DNA of 61,797 bases, counting the filler, from Sphacelaria rigidula (lineage: Eukaryota): NCBI GenBank assembly GCA_964200075.2. It is 6 parts of 6 records of this genome, joined end to end, with 100 filler letters (N's around TTAATTAATTAA, not from the genome) between each part and the next. Parts side by side here need not be neighbours in the genome. Positions count along the whole stretch, not along the records: positions 1 to 10,217 come from CAXNAA020006911.1; positions 10,318 to 20,534 come from CAXNAA020006912.1; 4 more parts are not named here. One strand, 5' to 3'. Shown piece by piece: positions 1-12,704 of the stretch (positions are counted from its first letter, which is position 1; each line of letters begins with the position of its first letter). The position numbers and the translations under genes were made by a program. The notes beneath the pieces were generated by a model. It had not been told where the DNA came from. It did not search any database and was given only the letters and a program-made list of their open reading frames with translations.

Positions 1-473
1 TTCGTTTTTTGTGGTGTGTCCCCGAACATCTTTTAGTAGAACCCGATTCTTATACAAGCATCAAAAACAACGCCCCCCCCCCCCCCCCCCCCCATGTTTT
101 TAGGGGTTTTGTTGTTTTTCCCGTTTTTAGGGCAGTTTCGTGGAGAAATGGTCACTACTCTCAATGTTTTAGCTCAATTTTTAGAATTGTGATTTGAAAC
201 TCTTCATAAAGAACCAGAGGTATGCTGAATAAAAGAAAAAAATGGGCCCCCAATTTTTTTCAGAGAGGTGCGGGTGTTCTCGTGAAAAAATGATCGTTTC
301 CATACTAAAACGCCCTAAACCAGTGAAAATCAACCTGACCGACTGAGTTTTTGTTAACTATGCCCTAGCGAGGGCCCACACAAAGTTTCAAGACACAAGC
401 ACCAAACGTGAGCCCGCAAGTGGCCTGCAAAATACTGTTCCGAATTTCTTCTGACCCGGTCACTAAACGGCCT

Positions 474-721
474 ATTAACCGGCCAATACTTGGAGTTGGA
501 CCCTGAAATTTGGTATGGACAATAAATAGAGCATAATAAAAATAAAGGCGAGTGCACACAAAAAAAATCATGAGTTGAGGGCAATAATCAGTTTCATATC
601 ACCACAATGCCCTTAGCTCATGAAGAAAAAAAAATGTGTGCACTGGTGATTATTTTTATTATGCCCTATTCATTGTACGTACCAAATTTCAGGGTCCAAC
701 TCTAAATATTGGCCGGTTAAT
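474..721. repeat. Imperfect ~250-bp palindrome (foldback/MITE-like)
   Basis: ATTAACCGGCCAATACTTGGAGTTGGACCCTGAAATTTGGTA at 474 is nearly the reverse complement of TACCAAATTTCAGGGTCCAACTCTAAATATTGGCCGGTTAAT ending at 721. Pairing continues inward (GTGCACACA.../...TGTGTGCAC). Confidence 0.8.
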
Positions 722-1895
722 GGACCTGCAAACTACAAATTCGCTTCTCGGCTGGCCCAGCTCGTAGCGCAAAGCAAATAGCGAAGACATGCAGCGAATC
801 GACGATGTCCACCGCCACTGGTTCGTGGGATCGTCACCATCGTCAACAAAATCTTGTTTCAGGCCCTAGAGGAAACCTCCAAGGAAGCCTCGAGATGTAA
901 AGGTGCGCACTTCCGTGGAACATAGGGTGAGCAGAGTGCTGCTTCACTTACGGGCGGTACAGTCTCTCACTGACTTCAGTGCGCTTTCTTAATTTCTGGC
1001 ACAAAAGACGGTACGGTTCACAGTAGCGTACGCTCAATAATTTTGCATGAACGAGCACAGTACCGTAATATATATTTTGCACCGACGGAACGTGTTGTAC
1101 GTCCTAGAATACAGAATGGGTTCCTGCCAACATAACCCTCGCGCACGTAGCTGAGCAGGGGCTAAGCGAGGAGCTGTTGTCCGCGCCCTTGGGGCCCTCG
1201 GTTCGTGTCATTAGGCGGCCGTTCACAACGTGGGTCCAACCTACCCTTGCAGGTTTCTTTCTTGCTTCATTCAAAACCAACAGCGCTCGATACACAGCCA
1301 AACTTGGATTCCGCTCTTGGGATATCCTAGAGCGAATACCGACGGGGCCATGTCAGCAACGCCAGCTTTGATCAAGGAGTGGTTGTGATTGAGGAACTAA
1401 TGAGTTGTTACCACGGGCACACGCTCTTGTTTGCAGTACCAACCATACCGCACTATACTGATTGTGAAAAGAAGGAATCGACTACCAGCTGCCGGAAACA
1501 AGAATTCAAGAGTATGTTCTGAAACGTTTCGTTATACCCAGCAACATTGTCGCGTTTCAGACGTCGATCTGGGCTAGACTGGAAGTTTAATTTTGGAATC
1601 ACAATGTGCATATCGTCTTTCCGTACCACATCCCACGCGAGGGTACAGTTTACTGTAACCCCGGGGTCCTCCTCTACCAACGCATTTGGGCTGAGCAACT
1701 TCGATTGTTGGTTTCGAGAATGCAGAGAATCTCGTCGTACTCGGTACTCCTGCCTTGCGAAATAGCCTCCTCTAGTGGGAGATTTCTTCACTTTTTTACT
1801 CGACTGCAACGGGGATATCTCTACATGTCAGCCAGCTTATAGCCACCACTAGACGTCGTCTTCTCCCCCGTTCCCCCCGTGATTTACCCCCTTAG

Positions 1896-2135
1896 GGAGA
1901 AGACTTTCACCGATGGTTGACGTTAGCTCGACTGACGGCGTTATCCCTCGGAGACTCAACTGTGAGCGCATCGCACTGGAGCCACATGAAGGACCTCGAG
2001 GCGCGGGTGGCCGCACGCATTGAAGGTGTCAAGGCCGCGAGCACTACCGACACCTCTGATAACGGTAGTGGTGTGGCGAGGGCGACGATATCGCCAACCA
2101 AGGCTGCTCTCCTCAACGTCATCCCTGAGAGTTAG
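1896..2135 (+). CDS. MCMBP: Mini-chromosome maintenance complex-binding protein (MCM-BP/ETG1), terminal exon
   Basis: Pyrimidine tract and TAG acceptor end at 1895. The exon reads GEDFHRWLTLARLTALSLGDSTVSASHWSHMKDLEARVAARI...*, which matches the MCM-BP C-terminal pattern (LHRWLxLARLxSLSxGxxxLSxxHWxxxKxLExxR). Upstream exons were not identified. Confidence 0.7.
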   Translation, partial: GEDFHRWLTLARLTALSLGDSTVSASHWSHMKDLEARVAARIEGVKAASTTDTSDNGSGVARATISPTKAALLNVIPES

Positions 2136-3828
2136 AGATGCGTCATCAGTGTATAGCCTGCACAGGTCTTTGGTCGGAATTGGTCAGGAGATAGTCTCTT
2201 GTGTTGTTTGAATATATGGACCGCCCGGTGATGTCTGCTCTGGCAGCTTTCCTATTTGATCGGGGAGAGAATTCAGACTCACGCAGCGCGACTTCAGATT
2301 TTTGGGACATGTGCAGATTTCGCTTGCCCTGGCGGTCTCTGGGTGTGTGATGTCATTAGAGTGAATGAATTATGACTAATTACTCTCAGTTATGCGTGAC
2401 GGCAAATCGTTTGCGTCGCGATAGCGCGTGACAAATGGATTTCAAGAGTATCATATTGGGCATAATGAGCGAATGCTTGCATGCAGGTATAGCCGAAAAT
2501 CTGGTCGCGATACAACAAGCGCAACACAGGCGCTTAGCACGGTTGGCAACATGCGGAGTGCGGCGATCGTCTGTGTGCTGGACTGAAGCTTCTGGCGTTG
2601 GGTGACTGTACCGGCCAAACGAACTCGACTTTGCAACCACGTGGGGGCACTCCACGGGGACGTGAGGCAACAAGAAATAAATCGGCTAGAATTTCGCGAA
2701 ATGCGACGATCAAGAGCACAGCGCCGGGCGAGTGTTAGAGAGGGAGAGACGCTCAGCCATACCCCAGCGCTTCCAAAAATCCACAATGGGTGCGAGCATT
2801 CAGTCATCATTCACCTAAACTCGGTACCGCATACACTGGATGTGAGGTGGAGTGAAAGCTAGCCCGTACACACCCACACCCTGACTGGAAACATAGAGCT
2901 GAACCCTCACACTGAACATCGTATCCACATGCCTGTACGTTGCATCCAAGCAGGCAGCTGTGTGGACGAGATATGTAACCTTGGATATCTATTCTGACAC
3001 TATGTCCAAAAATAAAGAAACAACCTCACACGAACACAACACCATGCAGCAAAAATGTGGAGAGAACCTGTGTTTTTCTGGGGTGCATGAAGCAACCAGG
3101 AACGCCACAAACCCAAGAGACGAACGAGCGGTGCGTGGACACGGCGCAAATCACCGATTGTTCGTACTCTGTGAAATAGAGGGGAGCACGGAGCAATATT
3201 CCATTCCGTGGAAATTCTAGATGTGTCATCTGTCATCATCTTCGATCAAGCACAAGACGAGTCGGCAAATTCGTTAATATGACAGTACAGCAACATCTGA
3301 GTCAAGGCTACAACACCGTACTTTCGGTCAACGGTACGATCAACCCCCACGGAGTGCCTGGCTGGTTACACTTGGATGAACATAACCCAGGGTTTGCGCA
3401 CTTCGCCTACGAGTCTTACTGTACGCGCATCGACCTCCCCATATCGTGCAAAATTTCAAGAAGTCACTAGCCACGGTTAAATGATTTCTCCTCCCTCTTC
3501 CTAGGCAACCGAGCGGGTAGCGACTGTGTATTTACCGACCGAGCCTTTTCATCGAATGGAACATACCAAAGCTCTGTATTCCAACCCTTTTAAAACGAAG
3601 CGATCGGTGGGCCAAATCACATGAGCAAGAGCACAGGTGGATGTGGCCTTCACAAGATGTAGAGACAGTACGTGAGTACCAATACTTTTTGGGATTGAAA
3701 TGCAGCTGGCCCTGCGCGTCAGAATTCCCGCGGCTGGGACATTTGACAAAATTTCAACACGTTATAGAGTACACCTCCAAGAACGTAGCAGAGCAACGAA
3801 CACTACAGCATACACAAAACACGACGTT

Positions 3829-4791
3829 TTACATACTTCGTCGCGCTATCTCATACCCTAAGAATAGCGCTGCGTTCGCGGGGAAAGCCCTCACCAAGGC
3901 CGCGTTCAAGCCCGCATAGAGCGACCGCCATCCTTGCGTCTCGTGGACCATCATGATGGTCTTCATCAAAGACTGCGGCTTGGGCGATGTCTGAATAATG
4001 GACTTCGCCGTATCAATCGGCATAACCACAGCCCACCCCACCACCCCGGCTGTCCCTCCTGCGATCAGGTACAACATCTCCAGCGGAATCCCCAACCCCG
4101 ACGCCTTCCCGTGTTCCACCACCGTCTCGTACGTGCCGAAAAATGACGCGTAGAAGGGAACATCCCTCCCAAACTGCGCTCCCAGCCCCACGAACAAACC
4201 TCGCACTCCTTGCGTTCGTAACACGTGCCTAGTCATCTGAGTAGCATTCAGCACCGGTAATCCCAGCGCTCCAGCATCCGCGGCAGCACCAGCTCGTGTC
4301 GCTCCTGCAGCAACACCCGCGCCACCCTTGCCCGACCGCAAAGATCGGCCAACTTGCACCTTGCATTTTATAACGTCACTGGGGCAGAGGACCACCGTGG
4401 TGAAGACTCCGGTCGCTCCTCCAAAGGCTATTGGCTGCCACCAGGGAGGTGGAACGCCCTTCGGGCGAATATCGTCCGGGAAAAGCCGCTTTAGCTGTTC
4501 GTTCACCCCGAAGGCAACCATGTTCTCCATAACGGCGCCGCTTAGGGCGGGGGTAGAGCCCTTCCATAAGGAGGATACGCGCTCCTCGGCGAGGGTTTTC
4601 CGGAGGCATTGCCACATGCCGCTGAAGGCGTCCGGCCGTGCTTGCATGCGGACTTTGATGGTGTCTAAGGGTTGGCCTGTGTACACACAGGCCGCCGAGC
4701 CGAAAACACTGGAGATGACGTCCTTCGCTGCCAACACGAAGGTGCTGTCTTCCGGCTGTTCTACATGAATGATCTCCTCCACGAGGGACAT
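3829..4791 (-). CDS. Mitochondrial carrier (SLC25) protein, ornithine/basic amino-acid or carnitine carrier type; intronless CDS of 320 aa
   Basis: Three carrier signature repeats: PLDTIKVRMQ, PSDVIKCKVQ, PIDTAKSIIQ. The segments ENMVAF, RDVPFYASFF and RAFPANAALF are typical of ORNT/BAC/CACT-like carriers. First ATG is at 4791 (MSLVEEII). Confidence 0.92.
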   Translation of the reverse strand: MSLVEEIIHVEQPEDSTFVLAAKDVISSVFGSAACVYTGQPLDTIKVRMQARPDAFSGMWQCLRKTLAEERVSSLWKGSTPALSGAVMENMVAFGVNEQLKRLFPDDIRPKGVPPPWWQPIAFGGATGVFTTVVLCPSDVIKCKVQVGRSLRSGKGGAGVAAGATRAGAAADAGALGLPVLNATQMTRHVLRTQGVRGLFVGLGAQFGRDVPFYASFFGTYETVVEHGKASGLGIPLEMLYLIAGGTAGVVGWAVVMPIDTAKSIIQTSPKPQSLMKTIMMVHETQGWRSLYAGLNAALVRAFPANAALFLGYEIARRSM

Positions 4792-5270
4792 TTTGCTGCC
4801 GCCGATTGCAGTGGTACACTCGTACAGGAACACCTCGAAAGTACCTGAGTGAGATGGAACAGCACAAGCCACAAGTATCCGGATTCCGGTGCTCGCTGAG
4901 GAACTCACTTGTAGGATTATGTGGCGTCGCTACACCACCCACCAAGCAGCGGAGATCAATGCGGCTGAACACCCAATATCTCCCTACCCAATGAGGTCTC
5001 CGAATTGATGTGTGCGGTACTGACATGTGCTCTCATGACACACGTGCCCTGGCACCACAGAAAATAATGACCTATTTTCAAGCTTACGCCATGGTGGTGT
5101 TGAACTGCGGTCTGTTGTGTTGGTCTGAAGGCCCATCCTTACCCTGCGCAGTGGAAGTTTGAATGGAGCAATGAGGGTGGCTTGTAGATACTTTGGAATC
5201 TAAGGATAGGAGTGAAGGTGTAGACCAGGCTGGATCAGCTGCAAGAGGCGAGAATTTTTTGCCTATAAAC

Positions 5271-8200
5271 ATGGTGCAAACATTGCACAGGTCCTGTGAC
5301 AGTCCCGTGGAGCCAGTACACGATCCAGCGGAGGATGCTGCCGTTATAGCTGAAAGCGACGAAGGGGTAAACAAGCGCGTGCGACAATCGCACGACTTGG
5401 TCGAGGACTTCCTTCGTCGCATTGGTAAGGAAACGGGCAGGGGAAAAAGCGTGAGTCACAAAGAACATCGAAAGGACGATGAGCATCATGAATCAAGCCA
5501 CAACAACTCCAGTACTGATCTGCAACGGAATATTGCTTCAAAAATAGAGCGGGACGAACGTGCGGCAAGATACAGTCGCGGGCCCCGGACCACTAGGTGG
5601 GGGTGGGCGAATCCGAGCGCTGATGGAGATCGAGGTACAACAGAAGCCAACAAAAGTATCAGCAGTAGTTGCCGACAGCCTATAGAGTACCACGGAAAGG
5701 TACACCACGCAATCGGCGGGGAAAGAGGTACTGGCAGCTATAGCGGCAATAACGAAGCTGGGGCCGGTGGCCGGCAGGGTAGGTCGAGAGAAGAGGAGCT
5801 TTTCACGGAGGCTATGTGGGAGTCGACGTCGTGTAGGCAGGTGTTAGACGCTATGTTCTTCGGGGCCAGCAGCGCTGTGCCACGTGACTCGATCGAGGAG
5901 TACAGGGAGCTGGAAGGTGTGTGAATGCTCTATACAACATTCAATATTTTGATTCGGCACGAGGCCAAAGTGTTGCTCACGCAATATCATAGACAGCTGC
6001 TATGCCCCAATGCGCTGGGTGATGGATCTCGTGATGACTCTCGTGCTTCGCGTATCGAATTGTTTGATTAGCCTCCTGTGGGTATGTTTGTCTTTGCTAT
6101 GTTATCATTTGAAACGTGAAAATCCGCTTTGACCCTTCCGCCGCCGGAACCCTCTGGCGAACCACAGATGGACAACCGAAAAACTGTGAAACACCATAGC
6201 TCTGCCCACGTTGAAAACGCCATATTACGCGACTTTCGGGAATGTTATCGGGAGTAGGTGGGCGACATTGAAGTGAATTAGAGCCAAGAGAACTACAAAT
6301 GGACAAATTAATCGCTATTTTCATGCAACAGATGGGCACCCCGGCGGCTAAGACCAAATCAAGCAAAAGGCTCATAACATACGTCCAACAGCACATATTC
6401 CCAGCCTTAAGTGCCTGGTTCTCGTGCAACCGCGGACTTGTGTGCGAGTCTTCAATGACAGTGCTGTGTAGCGTAGACGGGGGAAGAGCAACGTCGGGCC
6501 ACTGTACTGTACTGTACTTTGCTGTACTATACTGTATCCAAACAGTCGTTTGCATCCTGATTGTACAGTACAGTACTGTACTGTACTGTGTTCGAAACGT
6601 CAAATCTTCCGCGGGACTGCCAGCCGAATAATTTGGTACCGAAACGAGACCCGTCGCTCAACGGGTTAATGTCGAACAGCTATATTCAAATTAAGGGCAA
6701 GCCACAGATTCAGGTATACCTGGACGTATTTCCGTCATATTTTCGGTACATGGTGTGTGGGTATCACAACCTGGTACACCTGAAGCTCTCGTCTGTTCTC
6801 CCAAATCTATACTTGAATATCCTACAGAAGCCGAACCTAGCAAAAGTTGCGCGTGGATATGTTGGATATCAAGGGCATGGAGTAACATATTTCAGTCCTT
6901 TCAACAGTGGCAAAACAACAATGGCCGTACACTTTCGAGCGCTTCGCACAATGTTCACTCGTCCAAAAGTAAGACATACGTTCCGAACCCCCGAACAAAG
7001 TTTGACTCTTGCGTGCGGAGGTTTGGCTACCGAGCTTGCCGGCAACAATAAGTTACGCATATGAATCAGGATAACCGTGCGCAACGAGTACCATCAAAGA
7101 AGAATCATGCACTCAACCACCTGAAAGAGCCGTGTGCGCAAAAAGCGGACGAGATGCGTCAACCCATCGAGGTGAAATCGAGGCGGTAGAATTCAACTTC
7201 CAGTAGTACTAGTGTAATCACTGGCATGCGCTTGTACAGTGAGGGTGCGACGTACCCACGTATTATGTACGTAGACAGCACAGCACAGCACATTACCGTC
7301 CATCAGGCAGTGATGCATTCCTGCTTCGTATTGATGCAACACACACGCATACACACACTGGACTAGGGTTATGACGGAAGGATACATGCATATGCGTCTC
7401 ATGACAAAATGAAGCCGTCTCAAATCCGAACCGTAAGGTATTCTGTGGAAGTTCAACGGGCGAGGGAGACTCCTCGTGGATCGGAGTTTGAAAGATTTTG
7501 CAGGCAGGTAGTGGTAACCGTGCACTATGAACAGGAGGAACACCACTAAGCTCCGAATAAGAATCATGGCGATAAAACCTGGATGTGTACAACGATGGTG
7601 AAAAATTGACTAGTCTTGAACGTACACGGAGACGTGTTGGGTATGAAGAGAGGTCATGATCACAGCGCTCGTATTTCAACAAAACATACTGGTATTTTAA
7701 GCAAGTAGATGAAAAGTGAAAAGCACTGGTGGGTTTGTAAAAGGCTCCTTTGACCTGTTAATAGCCGTGACCAGAAATATCTCTATCATGGCCGCCACGT
7801 CACGGCTGTTCTTGCACAAGCCATGGTCAGAAACAAATTGTCGTCGCGGTGAAGTAAAACAGTAGCAATGATCCCACCGTCAGGACATATTGCCATCCAT
7901 CCACATACGAAATATGTCAGCACACAGCATACAATCGTGCACCATCTTCCCGCAACCATGATGAAAGGCTGCTAAGCGCCTTTCGGCTATTACTTGGTTT
8001 TTGCATCACTCAATGTGAACCACCCATGTCCATCAATCGCCTATCTACGCGTACACCAAATCCCCCGTGACTGTTAGCGGACAATATCCCGGAACAGAGG
8101 CCGTAGGCGTTTGGAGAAGTAAATGTCATTTACTCTGACAGGATACCGAAGGGTTTCTCCCTGTGTGAAAGATCTCTGGCCCATACGGCAAGCGTTGGCT

Positions 8201-9589
8201 GTGGTCGGCATGAACCCTCCCACACCCCCTCCCGTCGTGGCTGCATATACCCAACAGGAAGGATAGCTGACCATGTACTATCTGCACCATCGTGTAATAG
8301 CGGTATGCTTGCATTCTACGTAGTGGTAATCAGACTGCGGTGCGCCGTAACTGCCCTCAGTGTACCGTCTACAGCTCTTAACCTTGTTGCGTTCACTGTA
8401 CATATGAAGAATCACATTTACTATCAGTCAACCCTGCTGTACTAAAAGAAGCACACAAGGTAACTTATTGAACACCCGGTGGTATATAAGTAGTCATCGA
8501 CTATATGTTTCTATAAACACCGCAAGCAATATTCGTAGATTGGTCGAGCAGCAGTCATTGGTCAACCGACTGGTAGGACAGTTTTCTTCTTTTGGCGCCG
8601 TTCCTCCCGAAGCAAATGCCACAACCCGAACGCCGCATGGCATGACCCCCGGAAATCACAGAGTTCGTTCCAAAGCTGCTGGCTCGACGGGCAAAGGCGA
8701 AATCTGCAACGACGTCGGCATCAAACAATCGTCGACCTAACGCTACCATTGGAGACAAACCAGGTATCTCCAACACCATCACCAACACCACGCGCAGCAT
8801 TAACGCGGGGTCCGCAAGCACAGCCGCCACCGGTAGCCGCGAGGCAGTAACGACAAGCAGACACCCGGCGTCAGCACCGCCTGCCGCGCTGTCAAACTTG
8901 CCCAGCACATTTCACAAGAGGTACCTCATGAATTTTACGGTGCTCACGCCGGAGCAACAGTGGGCTGCGGAGGAAGCAGACCGCCGGAAGGTTCTCGAAG
9001 CGCGGCAGCGCCAGAGCAGTGGCACGAACCGGTCTGGTCGACCCGATCCGCGCGGGTCTTGGAACGAGTCGTCTGCACGCATCGCGGGTCCGGACCGTTG
9101 GAAGGCCGCGCTGAGAAAGTTGTCCGGGCGGGGAGTGTTGGAGCAGGAGGAGGTGAAGGCTATGCTGAGACCCGGCCCGCTGGAGGACTTCAGAGGATCC
9201 GTGTTGCAGGTCGGTAGCGTAATACCCCCTGGAGCGTGTGTGTGCTGTTGTCTCTCACATGAGCCCTTTCTCAGAAATCTAGCGCCGGTGATCACACAGC
9301 GGTGGCACGAAAAAATATAACACAAGAAAATATGTGTTTGTGTGGTCTGACTGATACATGCCGTGGTGCGTGTAGTGTGCTTGTTTACGTAGAGGAAGAG
9401 GGGAGATGCCGATTCGGGTCGCCGTCTTGAGTCTGTGCGTTTCGCAGCGGTACAGAGGGCGCCCGCAGTTACGTTTTTTTCTTTCTGTCGAGAGATTGAG
9501 GCTTGTTTTTCGAGGGTATTGAGACATTCCATGCGAGGCATGAAGCTCGAATTCGGCAACAAGATGACAAACATCAGGATAAGAAATAG
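5271..9589 (+). CDS. Hypothetical multi-exon protein, divergent from the carrier gene
   Basis: Long hydrophilic ORF 5271-5916 ends at G|GTGTGT. Phase-compatible exons follow: 8662-9209 (CAG acceptor, CAG|GTCGGT donor) and 9515-9589 (GIETFHARHEARIRQQDDKHQDKK*). A possible extra exon lies at 6828-6968. No domain recognised and the model is tentative. Confidence 0.45.
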
Positions 9590-10217
9590 CAACCGTTTGT
9601 CGGCTTTGACCATAGCCCATGACCCTGTCCACAGCTGTACAATATACAGCAGTGCGAAAGTGCAAGCCGGAAGAGAAAAGCTTCAATTTTCTTTACCTTA
9701 CATACGTACCAAAGCATACCGCCAGCAGTTAACGGTATCCTTAGCAAGACTTCAAACGAGTTCCTGAGGATAATCGATCTGGCCGGTCAATCGAGAACCT
9801 TCAAACAAATGTGGTGGTTACCTGTGTTGTGTGCGTGGTATGTTTCAATACATCCAGCATGTATAGTTATACAGAGCAATGCTACGGTATGGGTTACACT
9901 TTTTTAGCGAAAACGTTCCTCAGGGTTGCTCGGGATGTTGGACGGATCATTTCGAGAGTCGGCATTATTTTTACTTGAAAAAGACTGAAAATGATGCGGA
10001 TTCACGAAAAGGCCCTGCGTACAAGCACCATTGTTTCGAAAGTCCGGTTCCCAGAGATTTGGGTTGCACAGTAAGCCCCATACATTTGGGCTCCTACAAA
10101 AAAGAGACCCAGAAACAAAAAGTGCAACCCCTACCATAGCAATGGTGAGACACCCATGAGGCAGCGTATAAGATGTGGCTGTCACTGGAAGTGGCGATAC
10201 CAAAGAATAAAGCAACT

Positions 10218-10317
10218 NNNNNNNNNNNNNNNNNNNNNNNNNNNNNNNNNNNNNNNNNNNNTTAATTAATTAANNNNNNNNNNNNNNNNNNNNNNNNNNN
10301 NNNNNNNNNNNNNNNNN
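10218..10317. other. Artificial contig-joining spacer
   Basis: 44 N + TTAATTAATTAA (stops in all six frames) + 44 N. Confidence 0.98.
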
Positions 10318-10515
10318 CACCATATAATACAGTCCACACAAAAAAACACCACCCACGAAAAAAAATAAAAAAAATAAAAAAAAAAAAAAAAAAAAAAACG
10401 TCCCTGCAAACTACGTAATGACACAAAGCACAGTTCAGCAAAATTTCAGGGTCTAACACGGTGTGAAGTTTTGCCGATGGGTGTTTTTGGGGTGATAAGC
10501 GTGAACCAGCCTGTA

Positions 10516-11136
10516 CAAAGACTTTGTTTGGGATGGATCTTCTTGTAATCGATGTTTTCACCCCCCCCCGTCTCTGCTGCAACCATTGATCGTGTTGTTG
10601 TTTGTCCGTTGTCTTGGGGCAGGATCTCCGAAACTTCAAATATATGCGCCTTCTTTGAAACCGACATAAATATGCGCTCAGGAGTAAATTGAGGACCTTG
10701 ATACATAATAGAGCGAACACCATACCAAGGGGGAAGATGGTAGAACACAAAATATTCCGTCAAGAAGCACGAACCTGTCTTCCACCCAGTTGCCGCACTT
10801 GGTCTTCGTGCTGAACCAGTTCCGCTGTCCACATGCCCCCGATCCCATCATGTTTGATTTTTGTTCTTGCTCATGTATTTATGGACCTCCCCACCGGAAT
10901 GATTGCGGAGAGCTGATGATTCCGCTCCTATGTGGCTTTCTCCTTTCACGTTGCTCCCTAGCACACGCACATGATATGCCGACCGTGTAAGCACTACGCA
11001 GTTTATTGCTTGGTAAGTATTTGGCGGGAGCACCACGCATACATCGGTGGGCCAGGCCGCATGTACACCAAGCGCGCCCAGACCCACCGACAAAAAATGA
11101 CAGTTACAAGAAGATCCATCCCAAACAAAGTCTTTG
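10516..11136. mobile_element. Non-autonomous TIR element (MITE) with TA target duplication, Tc1/mariner-like
   Basis: Perfect 33-bp TIR CAAAGACTTTGTTTGGGATGGATCTTCTTGTAA (10516-10548 and 11104-11136), flanked by TA on both sides. No internal transposase ORF. Confidence 0.8.
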
Positions 11137-12486
11137 TATGCGCCGGCGGCGAAATGCTGGCGGAAAACTGAAAATCAACCACTCCAGTTGTAGTACGAGT
11201 AATCGTTCAACAGAGGTACTCGTCCAGTTCAGTACAAGTACCTACAACTCGAGGTTTCTGTTCTATTCAATAGTAATACCGCTGGAGTGCACCCTAGCAC
11301 AGGCACATCATCCATCAATCAAGTGCACTGAGCACGGTGCAGTCAAATGTTTGTAAGGTGGATCCCGGATAGGAAGGGTATGCTTCAGCCGGTGTCTTCG
11401 TATATAGCTACAACATGTGTCAGGTCTGTGAGCCAGGTCAGTCCGCTTGAGCCAAACGCGGCTAAACCCGCCGACGAAAAGTGGCAGTCACAATATGATA
11501 TACCCCAGAAAAAACGGCCGCTTCGGAAAAAAAACTGGCCGCGTTGTTCTGGGGCACGGTTGTGTCTGGTTTTAGGTATATTATCTGATATCTGTTGAAT
11601 CGAACGGAGACGAAACAAACGGAGACATTGTTGTCGATCAGTTTGATTGAGCTGGAGAGGCTAAGGTCGAATCGCGCATGTTGTTTCCTCACTAAATCGC
11701 GCGAGGAAGCCGCACCCCGTTTCTGATCAGAGTGAGGTTCGGGGTAATAGCAATCATGAGGAGTACGACAGTGACTGACTGATTGAAAAATCTGAGGGGT
11801 CTCGCTCATGTAGGGAGGAGAGATTGCACTTTTGTCTGTGAGAATCACGAAAGATGCAAGAGTTCCCCGCTGCATCGTCGTCTGCTACACTGAAATCTAC
11901 TGAAATCCAGTCGAACATGATTCCGAAATTTTGATACCTGGCGGAAAAGATCCATTGGTTATCGAAAGATCTAGGGGTCAGCGGAACGGCAAAAACAGAA
12001 CGGCCGGCGGATGCTCCGCCTCGTCTTTCACCTCTCTCCCCTTGCATCCATACCAGGCTGTACGCATAAAATTGTTATTGGCCATCAACCCTTCAATCGT
12101 CGGAGTTACTATCAACACGGATTAGCCGGAGGGTGTACCAGACAAGAAGGAAAAGCAGTGAGACAGTGTGCGGTTGGAGCATCGTGCTCTGGGTGCCGGC
12201 TGGGCGTTGCGCCGTGGGTACCTTGGCACTGATTTTGTCGCACGCTACTGTTCTGCCTGCACTGTACATTTTCTCAAGAACGGTACGGCAGACAGTCTGT
12301 TTTTGGATCGTGCGAAATCTGGGGCGGAATCTTTTGACAAGTCTTCACATTTGTCAACAGCCGCTAGTGTTTTTTGCGTAACGCAAAGTCAAGACTTGGT
12401 GCGCGCCCAGCGCTCCTTCTGAGCGTGTGAGAGAGGCAAGGGATCTCGTTGCACTTGAGGTTGATGTTTTGCCTCCTCTTGTGAGC

Positions 12487-12704
12487 ATGGCTGCTACTGG
12501 TTTTGAAAGTGTTGGCATCACCACGGGCAAGCGTCCTCGGGCGTTTATTGCGGAAGGAGGTCAATCGGCTGTTTCTGCGGCCAATGCGCCATCTTTCGAA
12601 GTCGGCGGCGATACGGGCGGAGTTGGCCGCATCAAGGTTGCAACAAAACCGTCTAGGCGGAAAAGCTGTGAGCATCCCTCCTGTCCCAAGCAGCCGGCTT
12701 TTTC
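12487..12704 (+). CDS. Probable first exon of an EsV-1-7-type Cys/His repeat protein
   Basis: MAATGFESVG...KPSRRKSCEHPSCPKQPAF ends at a GTGAGT donor. CxHPxCxKQPxF is the start of the EsV-1-7 repeat unit. Downstream exons were not found. Confidence 0.45.

Noticed and set aside
863..1809. Possible upstream MCM-BP exons (863-902, 1108-1252) and minus-strand ORFs 1104-1301 and 1453-1809
   Set aside because: Splice-like signals exist, but the translations show no motif I recognise and phases do not join cleanly.
4328..5026. ORFs overlapping the carrier gene (146 aa +, 216 aa -)
   Set aside because: Alternative-frame shadows of a GC-rich CDS.
6500..6590. ORFs with YSTVLYC repeats (similar tract at 37700-37990)
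   Set aside because: (GTACT)n-like low-complexity DNA, not coding.
10262..10273. TTAATTAATTAA recurring about every 10.3 kb as a periodic biological motif
   Set aside because: It is always embedded in 44 N on each side, so it is an assembly linker.
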